NCBI RefSeq assembly: GCF_001017655.1
Contig: NZ_CP010904.1
Span: forward strand, 900,001-932,000
DNA from: Kiritimatiella glycovorans
GTDB lineage: Bacteria > Verrucomicrobiota > Kiritimatiellia > Kiritimatiellales > Kiritimatiellaceae
DNA length: 32,000 nt
Direction of reading: 5' to 3'
Shown: positions 17,450 to 24,924 of the stretch, in pieces
Layout: the number at the start of each line of letters is the position of its first letter
How positions within the stretch are numbered: position 1 is the first letter of the stretch
Program-made: the position numbers and the translations under genes
Notes under the pieces: model-generated
Databases searched by the model: none
Seen by the model: only the letters and a program-made list of their open reading frames with translations
Told to the model about the DNA's origin: nothing

Positions 17450-19231
17450 ATGACATCGAGCAAACAGCAGGGCCGCAGGGAAACTGTACTGCGCGGCATC
17501 GGGGTGGCGCCGGGCGTGGTGTCCGGCGAAGTGCGCCTGATCCGCCCGGAAAAAGTCGAACCGCCGGAGCGCAACCTCGCCAAATCCGAGATCCCGAAGG
17601 AGATCGAACGCTTCGAAGAGGCGCTCAGCCAGACCCGCGAACAGCTTCACCGCATCCAGTCCGAATTGAGCCAGGCGCTCGGACGCGAGGACGCCAGCAT
17701 CTTCGACGCGCACCTGATGGTCGCCGACGACCGGTCGTTCATCGAGGAAGTGATCCGCGAGATCAAAGAGCAGCGGCGCAACGTGGAGTCGGTGCTCGTT
17801 CAGGTGTCCGGCAAGTACGCGGACGTACTCTCCGGGGTCGAGGACCAGTACCTGAGCGAGCGGGCGGCGGATGTGAAAGACGTGACCCAGCGCATCCTGC
17901 GCAACCTCATGAACCTTTCGGAGACCTCGCTCCGGGATTTGAAAGAACCCTGTGTCGTGGTAGCCCCCGACCTCTCGCCCTCGGATACGGCCACCATCGA
18001 CCGCGAGGTGGTCCGGGGATTCGCCACCAACCTGGGAAGCTCCACTTCGCACACGGCCATCATGGCCCAGACCATGGAGATCCCCGCAGTGGTGGGCCTG
18101 CACGACGTGACCCGGCGCGTGGCCCACGGCGACCGCGTCCTGATCGACGGCGGGAAAGGGCTCTTCATCATCAATCCCACCGCCAAGCGGATGAAGGAGT
18201 ATGGGAAGCGGGCCGAAGAACAACGCCATATCCTGCACGAACTGGAGCAGCTCCGCGAACAGCCGGCGAAGACGGCCGACGGCTACGCGGTGCGGCTCAG
18301 CGCCAATATCGAGTGGGCGGAGGAACTCCGCCTGCTGCGCAAGCACGGCGCCTCCGGAGTGGGGCTCTTCCGCAGCGAATACCTGTTTCTCAACCGCGCC
18401 GAGCCGCCCTCGGAGGATTCCCAGGCGGACGTTTACGGGAGCGTCGCCCGGGAACTGGCCCCGGAACCGGTCGTGATCCGCACGCTCGATGTGGGCGGCG
18501 ACCGCATACTCCCCAGCGAACAGACCTCGAACGAGCTGAATCCCTTCCTCGGCTGGCGCGCCATCCGGTTCTGCCTCGACCGGCCCGATATTTTCAGGCC
18601 CCAGCTCCGGGCGATCCTGCGCGCGAGCCGCCACGGCAACGTCCGGATCATGTATCCCATGGTCTGCTGCACAAAGGAACTCAAGGCCGCGAACCGGATG
18701 CTCGAAAAATGCAAGGACGAGCTGCGCGACGAGGGCGTGGAGTTCGACGAGAATATCCCGGTCGGCGTGATGATCGAGATCCCCTCGGCAGCCCTGTGCG
18801 CCGAACTGTTCGCCCCCCATGTCGACTTCTTCAGCCTGGGCACCAACGACCTGATCCAGTACACCCTGGCCGTCGACCGCGTAAACGACCACGTGAGCCA
18901 TCTGTACGAACCGACCCACCTGGCGATCCTGAAACTCCTCCAGTATGTCGTGGAAGCCGGCCATAAAAACGATATCTGGGTCAGCATCTGCGGGGAAATG
19001 GCCGGCGATCCCGTGCTCGCCCCCCTGCTGATCGGCCTGGGCATCGATGAACTCAGCGTCACCCCCATCCTCGCGCCGATGATCAAGGACGTCATCCGGA
19101 AACTGAAATACAGCGACGCGCGCGAGCTGGCCCAGAAATGCATGCAGTACCGCTCCCCCGTCACCGTCCGCCGCCGATGCCGCGAGCTGACCCGCGAAAT
19201 TGCGGGAGAAGTGCTTGAACTCCTCGATTAA
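17450..19231 (+). CDS. ptsI: Phosphoenolpyruvate-protein phosphotransferase (PTS Enzyme I)
   Basis: 593 aa. Phosphohistidine region GSSTSHTAIMA, PEP-utilising motifs GLFRSEYLF and the IRTLDVGGD region, and FFSLGTNDLIQYTLAVDR. Confidence 0.93.
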   Translation: MTSSKQQGRRETVLRGIGVAPGVVSGEVRLIRPEKVEPPERNLAKSEIPKEIERFEEALSQTREQLHRIQSELSQALGREDASIFDAHLMVADDRSFIEEVIREIKEQRRNVESVLVQVSGKYADVLSGVEDQYLSERAADVKDVTQRILRNLMNLSETSLRDLKEPCVVVAPDLSPSDTATIDREVVRGFATNLGSSTSHTAIMAQTMEIPAVVGLHDVTRRVAHGDRVLIDGGKGLFIINPTAKRMKEYGKRAEEQRHILHELEQLREQPAKTADGYAVRLSANIEWAEELRLLRKHGASGVGLFRSEYLFLNRAEPPSEDSQADVYGSVARELAPEPVVIRTLDVGGDRILPSEQTSNELNPFLGWRAIRFCLDRPDIFRPQLRAILRASRHGNVRIMYPMVCCTKELKAANRMLEKCKDELRDEGVEFDENIPVGVMIEIPSAALCAELFAPHVDFFSLGTNDLIQYTLAVDRVNDHVSHLYEPTHLAILKLLQYVVEAGHKNDIWVSICGEMAGDPVLAPLLIGLGIDELSVTPILAPMIKDVIRKLKYSDARELAQKCMQYRSPVTVRRRCRELTREIAGEVLELLD

Positions 19232-19244
19232 GTCCTGTATATGA

Positions 19245-19284
19245 CTATATCCGAATATGCGGATATAGCGGGGCGGCGACCCCG
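19245..19284 (+). other. Two adjacent hairpins in the ptsI-metK spacer (possible ptsI terminator or metK leader structure)
   Basis: First hairpin: CTATATCCG (19245-19253), loop AATATG, CGGATATAG (19260-19268). It has a perfect 9-bp stem that is AT-rich for this GC-rich genome. It is immediately followed by CGGGG-CGGCGA-CCCCG (19269-19284). No U-tract follows. Confidence 0.35.
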
Positions 19285-19318
19285 TTGAACCCAAGTAAAG
19301 TGGAGGAAGGATTTATCC

Positions 19319-20488
19319 ATGAGTAAAATTCGAACGGATCACGTGTTCACGTCGGAGTCGGTATCGGAAGGTCATCCGGACAAGGTCTGCGACCAGGTTT
19401 CGGACGCCGTGCTCGACGCATGCCTGAAAAAAGACGCTCGGAGCCGTGTCGCCTGCGAGACGCTGGTGACGACGAATCTGGTGGTCAATGCCGGGGAGAT
19501 CACCTGCGCCGGATGGGACGATATCGATCCCGACAAGCTGGCCCGCGAGGTCGTCCGGGACATTGGCTACGACCGCGAGGAACTGATGTTCTGCGCCGAT
19601 ACCTTCGAATATCTGTGCCGCATTCACAGCCAGTCGCCCGACATCAGTCAGGGCGTCTCCGGGGAAGAGCAGGGGGCCGGCGACCAGGGCATGATGTTCG
19701 GTTACGCGACGGACGCGACCGATGAAATGATGCCTGCGCCGATTGCCTTCAGTCACCGCCTGCTTCTGGAACTCAAAAAGGCGCGCAACGAGCAGGAGCT
19801 GGACTATCTCCGCCCGGACGCCAAGTCGCAGGTTTCCGTCCAGTACCGGGACGGCAATCCCGAACATATCACTTCGGTGGTGATCTCGCAGCAGACTGCG
19901 GACGTCCCGCTGCAGCAGATCAAGGAAGAGATCGTACCGATCTGCCGGCGGGTACTCGAACCGACCGGGATGCTGCGCGACGACACGCGTTTCTTCATCA
20001 ACCCCACCGGCAAGTTCGTGATCGGCGGCCCCCACGGCGACGCGGGTCTGACCGGCCGGAAGATCATCGTCGATACGTACGGCGGCGTGGGCAGCCACGG
20101 CGGCGGCGCGTTCTCGGGCAAGGACCCTTCCAAGGTCGACCGCTCGGCCGCGTACTACTCGCGCTACGCCGCGAAGAATATCGTCGCGGCCGGTCTGGCC
20201 GGCAAGTGCGAGATCCAGGTGGCCTATGCCATCGGGGTGGCCGAACCGCTCAGTATCAATGTGGATACCTACGGCACCGGCCGGATGGAGGACGAAGAAC
20301 TCGAAAAAATCCTCCAGAGCGGCAAGGTCTTCGACTTCCGCCCGAAGGCGATCGTCGATGAACTCGGACTGCTGAAGCCCGAGGGTTGGTCGTACCGGGA
20401 TACCGCGGCCTACGGACACTTCGGCCGGCCGCAGTTCCCGTGGGAGAAGACGGATCGCGTGGACGCGCTGAAATCCGCGGCGAAATAA
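19319..20488 (+). CDS. metK: S-adenosylmethionine synthetase
   Basis: 389 aa. Motifs: [73 protein letters not shown]. Confidence 0.95.
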   Translation: MSKIRTDHVFTSESVSEGHPDKVCDQVSDAVLDACLKKDARSRVACETLVTTNLVVNAGEITCAGWDDIDPDKLAREVVRDIGYDREELMFCADTFEYLCRIHSQSPDISQGVSGEEQGAGDQGMMFGYATDATDEMMPAPIAFSHRLLLELKKARNEQELDYLRPDAKSQVSVQYRDGNPEHITSVVISQQTADVPLQQIKEEIVPICRRVLEPTGMLRDDTRFFINPTGKFVIGGPHGDAGLTGRKIIVDTYGGVGSHGGGAFSGKDPSKVDRSAAYYSRYAAKNIVAAGLAGKCEIQVAYAIGVAEPLSINVDTYGTGRMEDEELEKILQSGKVFDFRPKAIVDELGLLKPEGWSYRDTAAYGHFGRPQFPWEKTDRVDALKSAAK

Positions 20489-20500
20489 TATTTTGCTGTT

Positions 20501-20524
20501 GTACCGCAGCGACGGCTGCGGTAC
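20501..20524 (+). terminator. Stem-loop downstream of metK (candidate terminator or processing site ahead of the tRNA)
   Basis: GTACCGCAGC (20501-20510), loop GACG, GCTGCGGTAC (20515-20524). The stem is a perfect 10 bp and starts 13 nt after the metK stop. There is no downstream U-run, so intrinsic-terminator status is uncertain. Confidence 0.4.
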
Positions 20525-20541
20525 GGTCTCCGCCTTTCGGC

Positions 20542-20618
20542 GTACCCTTAGCTCAATTGGATAGAGCACCTGACTACGGATCAGGAGGTTACAGGTTCGA
20601 CTCCTGTAGGGTACGCCA
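20542..20618 (+). tRNA. tRNA-Arg (anticodon ACG), CCA encoded
   Basis: Cloverleaf folded by hand. Acceptor GTACCCT pairs with AGGGTAC. D stem GCTC pairs with GAGC, with an AATTGGATA loop. Anticodon stem CCTGA pairs with TCAGG, with loop CT-ACG-GA. Variable loop is AGGTT. T stem ACAGG pairs with CCTGT, with a TTCGACT loop. Discriminator is G, followed by CCA. Confidence 0.93.
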
Positions 20619-20715
20619 TTTCAGTGCCCCGCCTTGCCATGCGCCCCGGAGCGTGTCAGCGTTCCGCAGGGGGGTCCCGTGTTCGGTGATTCGTCATCGA
20701 CCCCGGGAAAGAACG

Positions 20716-23118
20716 ATGAAGAGGGTTCGGGAACACAGTCTGAGGAGGGCGCGACGGGGTTCCGGAATGCGCACCGCCACGATGGTGCCCGGCCTCATCG
20801 CCGCGGCCCTCTTCCTGGCATGCGGCACGCGGGCCCCGGCCGCCGCGGTGAGCAGGACGGACGCGACGCGGGCGGCGGCGCAGTGGCTCGCGAAAAGCCT
20901 CGTGTTCGCCCGCGCGGAATCGCGTATGCCTTCGGGCGTACTGTTCAGTATACGGACGGTCGAACCGCTCGCGCTGGGCGGTCAGGGCACACCAACCGCA
21001 TGGCACGCCGACCTCGATCCCCGCGGATACCTGGTGCTGGGGGCGGATGACCGCATGCCGCCGATTCTCTGTTTCAGCGCGGAGAACGACCTGAATCTTG
21101 CGGACGACCCCCGCAACGCCCTGCGCGCGATGCTTGAACGCGATCTGTCCAGGGCGCGCATGACGCTGGACGGACTCGACAGGGCCGGCGGGAATCAGCT
21201 CCGGATCGCAGGCGCCTCCGATTTCGTGTCGGAGAACAGAGCGAGATGGGATGCATGGCTGAGCGAAGAAACCGCCTATGATGGAATGCTCCTGGACGCG
21301 GAGTACCAGCAGACCGGAATTCTGGTCGATGCCATGCTGAGCACGACCTGGGACCAGTGCAACCACTACAACGAAGGGTGCCCCGAGGATCCGGCCGCCT
21401 CGGCCTATTACGACGGGAAAGCGCCCGCGGGGTGCGTGGCCGTGGCCGGGGCCCAGATCATGAACTTCTACGAGTGGCCGTCCCGGGGTCGTGAAGCGCA
21501 TACCTATACCGACCGCGCGGGGTCGATCACCGGCGTGTTCAGCGCCGTGTTTTCGGACGTCTATGCGTGGTCCGCGATGCAGAACGACTACGATCCCTGG
21601 AGTTCTGAAGCCGCTGCGGCCGTGGAAGCAGTGTCGGAGCTGATGTACGAACTCGGCGTGGCCGTTGAAATGGATTACGAACATGACGGCTCGGCCGCCT
21701 ATTCGGGAGATCTGGTCGGGCGCGCCGAATCCCACTTCTTTTACGAACGGGCGACCCCCATGGATCGCGATGAGGACCCCGGGGGGTTCGACGGCTTGTT
21801 GCGCGACGAGATGCTCGCGGGCCGTCCCTGTCCCGCGAGCATCCCCGGCCACGCTTTCGTCGTCGACGGGCTCAGCGAGGAAAGCGGCGCCGATTATTTT
21901 CATATCAACTACGGATGGGGCGGAACGAACGACGGCTGGTACGAGCCTTCCAACATCAACGGCAGCAGCTTTCAGACCGCGTATTACGGAATGCGCCCCC
22001 AGTTCCGGCCGCTGCTCGATTCTCCCGATGCAGGCACGAATACGACGGGTCACGTCGAACTGCGGTGGTCGTTTCCCGCCTGTTCCGCCGCCGCCGTGAC
22101 GGGATACCGGCTGAAACAGGCCGCCTACGCTCCCTCCGCGCTGTTTGAGGCGGCGGACGATTTTTCGCGCTGGGAGACGTCGGGCGGATGGGAACTCGAC
22201 ACACCCGGCGTTGACGGAACGGGGTCCTGTTTCCACCGGCCTTCGGACCCGGGCCGCGCCGCACTCACGCTCGCCGACCCCCTCATCCCGTCCGGCTCCA
22301 CGAAACTGTCGTTCGACTATAAAACCATCCTGTCCGACGACTCGTTCTACGTGAAGGTGTCCTCCGACCGCGGACAGTCATGGGATACGCTCATGAACCG
22401 TTCCGGCACGGGATGGGATGACTACTGGCTCCACAGCGACCTCGATCTGAGCATGTACGCCGGGAAGGAGCTATGGGTGCGGTTTCAGTATGTGCGTGAG
22501 GGCGGCGACTCCTTTTATACGTCCGGGGGAGTATGGCTCGATCAAATCGAGATCAATGACTTTGAGGGGCTGGAATGGCGTCTGCTCGACGATGCGATCC
22601 CGTCGTCGCAGACCAATGTGTTGGTCACCTGCGTGGAGGATGATCTGTATTACCATGCGCTGGAGGCTCATAACGGGACGAATTGGCAGCGGCGCAGCCC
22701 GCCGGTGGGCGTGGAGGTGGCCTTGAGCGCGACGGGCGATGTGGACGGGGACGGGTTGCCGAACGGCTGGGAACTTACGTATTCCGGCACCGCCACCGGC
22801 CGCGTCGCGACCGCCGACGGGGATAAGGACCGGTACACGGACCTCGAGGAATATTACGCGGGCACCGATCCTGAGGAGTCGTCCAGTTATTTCAGGGTAC
22901 GGCGCTGTGCCGCGGATTCCGGCGTGCCCGAGCTGACCTGGGCGTCGGTCTCCGGCAGGACCTACCGCGTGATGCGGACGGAGGGTCTGCAGCCTCCCCA
23001 CACCTTCAGCGTGCGGGCGGACGATCTGCCCGCCACCCCCCGAACCAACCGCTACACCGATACGGGCGCGACGGGCTGCGGACCTTATTTCTACAGAGTC
23101 GAGATCTACATGGAGTAG
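20716..23118 (+). CDS. Secreted cysteine protease, peptidase family C10 (streptopain/SpeB-like), with C-terminal beta-sandwich/MAM-like and calcium-binding-repeat modules
   Basis: Start chosen at ATG 20716, with ATG 20767 as an alternative; the track ORF from 20386 runs across the tRNA and the metK 3' end. Signal MRTATMVPGLIAAALFLACG. C10 hallmarks: TWDQCNHYNEGCP..APAGCVAVAGAQIMNFYEWP (catalytic Cys), IPGHAFVVDG (His) and HINYGWGGTNDGWY. C-terminal DVDGDGLPNGWE..YYAGTDP repeat and a terminal FN3-like domain. Confidence 0.8.
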   Translation: MKRVREHSLRRARRGSGMRTATMVPGLIAAALFLACGTRAPAAAVSRTDATRAAAQWLAKSLVFARAESRMPSGVLFSIRTVEPLALGGQGTPTAWHADLDPRGYLVLGADDRMPPILCFSAENDLNLADDPRNALRAMLERDLSRARMTLDGLDRAGGNQLRIAGASDFVSENRARWDAWLSEETAYDGMLLDAEYQQTGILVDAMLSTTWDQCNHYNEGCPEDPAASAYYDGKAPAGCVAVAGAQIMNFYEWPSRGREAHTYTDRAGSITGVFSAVFSDVYAWSAMQNDYDPWSSEAAAAVEAVSELMYELGVAVEMDYEHDGSAAYSGDLVGRAESHFFYERATPMDRDEDPGGFDGLLRDEMLAGRPCPASIPGHAFVVDGLSEESGADYFHINYGWGGTNDGWYEPSNINGSSFQTAYYGMRPQFRPLLDSPDAGTNTTGHVELRWSFPACSAAAVTGYRLKQAAYAPSALFEAADDFSRWETSGGWELDTPGVDGTGSCFHRPSDPGRAALTLADPLIPSGSTKLSFDYKTILSDDSFYVKVSSDRGQSWDTLMNRSGTGWDDYWLHSDLDLSMYAGKELWVRFQYVREGGDSFYTSGGVWLDQIEINDFEGLEWRLLDDAIPSSQTNVLVTCVEDDLYYHALEAHNGTNWQRRSPPVGVEVALSATGDVDGDGLPNGWELTYSGTATGRVATADGDKDRYTDLEEYYAGTDPEESSSYFRVRRCAADSGVPELTWASVSGRTYRVMRTEGLQPPHTFSVRADDLPATPRTNRYTDTGATGCGPYFYRVEIYME

Positions 23119-23270
23119 CCGGCACCCCGTCCGGGACCGTGTGTCCGCGTTCCCGCCGGCTGCCGCCTCACCGCCGACGTTTCATAATTGATTTCGCAGT
23201 GCGGGCGGGGACAATGGCGGATGGGTTCAGGGTGGAAATCTGCGGGACGAGGTGCGGGCGGGGAGTCTGA

Positions 23271-24431
23271 GTGACGGCGGAAGCGGAACAGCGAGAGGGC
23301 AGGGCGCAGGCGGGGCGTTTTGAGGTGCGCGCGCGCGACGCGGAAACCGACGCGCGCTGCGGCGTGCTGCAGACGGCGCACGGCCCCGTACACACCCCGG
23401 TGTTCATGCCCGTCGGCACCCAGGCGACCGTCAAGGGGATGACGCCCCGCGAACTCGAGGAGTTGCGGATCGAGATTATTCTCGGCAACACCTACCACCT
23501 CTCCGAGCGCCCCGGTGCGGAAGTGATCGAGCGGCTCGGCGGCCTGCATGCCTTCATGGGATGGAACGGCGCGATCCTCACCGACAGCGGCGGCTACCAG
23601 GTGTTCAGCCTCGCCTCCCTGCGGGAGGTGACGGAGGACGGCGTGCGGTTCCGCTCGCACGTCGACGGAGCAGAGCGGTTTCTCGGCCCGGACGAGGCCA
23701 TGGAGATTCAGCGGCGGCTGGGATCGGATATCGCCATGGCGTTCGACGAGTGCCCGCCCGATCCCTCCGATCGGGATTACACTTGTAAAGCCGTTCAGCG
23801 GACCCTAGATTGGGCCGTTCGTTGCGCACGCGCTCCGCGCGCGGAGGGACAGATCGTCTTCGGCATCGTTCAGGGCGGGATTTTCTCCGATCTGCGGGAA
23901 GAGTGCGCCGGCAGGCTGGCGGACCTCGGGTTCGACGGCTACGCGATCGGCGGCGTGAGCGTGGGGGAGGGCGAAGAATTGATTACGCGGGGCGTCGAGG
24001 ATACGGCCCGCCACCTTCCGCCGCATCGGCCGCGCTACCTGATGGGCGTCGGCGATCCGGCGCAGATCGTGGACGCGGTCGCCCGGGGAGTCGATATGTT
24101 CGACTGTGTGATGCCGACCCGGCTGGCGCGCAACGGAACGGTGATGACGCGGCGCGGGCGCTACCCGGTCAAGGCGGGACGCTTCCGGACCGACCCGGCG
24201 CCGCTGGAGGAGGAATGTGGATGCGAGGTATGCGCGCGGTTCAGCCGGGCGTATATACGGCACCTGTTCAATACGAACGAAATGCTGGGACCGCGGCTGG
24301 TGACGGAGCATAACCTGCAGGTATACGGTCGGCTGCAGGAGGAAATGAGAACGCATATCGAAGCCGGAACCTACGCGTCGTTCGCGCGTTCGTTTGCGGC
24401 GGAGTACCGCGGCGTACGCGACGATCTCTGA
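23271..24431 (+). CDS. tgt: tRNA-guanine transglycosylase (queuine tRNA-ribosyltransferase)
   Basis: GTG start with GGGGAG upstream. Motifs: TPVFMPVGTQATVKGM, ILGNTYHL, LTDSGGYQVFSL, FGIVQGG, YAIGGVSVGE, LMGVG, DMFDCVMPTR, and the zinc site CGCEVC..H. Confidence 0.92.
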   Translation: MTAEAEQREGRAQAGRFEVRARDAETDARCGVLQTAHGPVHTPVFMPVGTQATVKGMTPRELEELRIEIILGNTYHLSERPGAEVIERLGGLHAFMGWNGAILTDSGGYQVFSLASLREVTEDGVRFRSHVDGAERFLGPDEAMEIQRRLGSDIAMAFDECPPDPSDRDYTCKAVQRTLDWAVRCARAPRAEGQIVFGIVQGGIFSDLREECAGRLADLGFDGYAIGGVSVGEGEELITRGVEDTARHLPPHRPRYLMGVGDPAQIVDAVARGVDMFDCVMPTRLARNGTVMTRRGRYPVKAGRFRTDPAPLEEECGCEVCARFSRAYIRHLFNTNEMLGPRLVTEHNLQVYGRLQEEMRTHIEAGTYASFARSFAAEYRGVRDDL

Positions 24432-24477
24432 GTTTCGACGGAACGGACGAGCAACCTGAACGCAGGAGGAACCCCCG

Positions 24478-24825
24478 ATGCAACCATGGATACCGATGCT
24501 GGCCCAGGCGGCGCAGCCGCAGCAGGGCGAACAATCGCCGATCTTCATGTTCGGCTGGCTGATCATCATGATCGCCATTTTCTACTTTCTGCTGATCCGG
24601 CCCCAGCGTAAACGCGAGAAACAGCGGCAGCAGCTCATCGCCTCGGTGAAGAGCGGCGACCAGGTGCTGCTCACCAGCGGGATGATCGGCAGGGTCTCGA
24701 ACGTCAAGGACCGGATCTTCACGGTCAAGATCGCGGAAAACGTGAAAGTCGATGTCGTGAAGAGCGCCGTGAGCCGGGTGCTGACGGATGACGATACGCT
24801 TGAAGGCGCGGAGAATGCGGGCTAG
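24478..24825 (+). CDS. yajC: Preprotein translocase subunit YajC
   Basis: 115 aa with a single TM (IFMFGWLIIMIAIFYFLLI). This is followed by RPQRKREKQ and GDQVLTSGMIGRV, typical of YajC. It occupies the conserved tgt-yajC-secDF position. Confidence 0.88.
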   Translation: MQPWIPMLAQAAQPQQGEQSPIFMFGWLIIMIAIFYFLLIRPQRKREKQRQQLIASVKSGDQVLLTSGMIGRVSNVKDRIFTVKIAENVKVDVVKSAVSRVLTDDDTLEGAENAG

Positions 24826-24845
24826 GTTCGCCCGGCTGATCCCCG

Positions 24846-24867
24846 GCCGCGGGCGGGCGCCCGCGGC
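24846..24867 (+). other. GC hairpin between yajC and secDF
   Basis: GCCGCGGGCG (24846-24855), GG, CGCCCGCGGC (24858-24867). The arms are perfect reverse complements. No U-tract follows and the function is unknown. Confidence 0.3.
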
Positions 24868-24924
24868 GTGATGTAGGGCAATCCCCTGAGCTGCGGACCT
24901 TCGCACGAAGGAAAGGCGGAAGAG

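Noticed and set aside
19232-19318. SAM riboswitch upstream of metK.
   Set aside because: The spacer is only 87 nt and I could not recognise the conserved cores of the SAM riboswitch classes as I recall them. It is retained only as a low-interest structural observation pending an Rfam scan.
20386-20715. N-terminal 110 codons of the 910-aa track ORF (20386-23118). Similar upstream extensions occur in the ORFs starting at 1100, 4089, 10328, 12062 and 30285.
   Set aside because: These extensions overlap the preceding gene, the tRNA or a repeat element. They lack signal or motif content, and internal ATGs give canonical N-termini (signal peptides, the Tat motif, family-typical starts). Downstream starts were therefore used.
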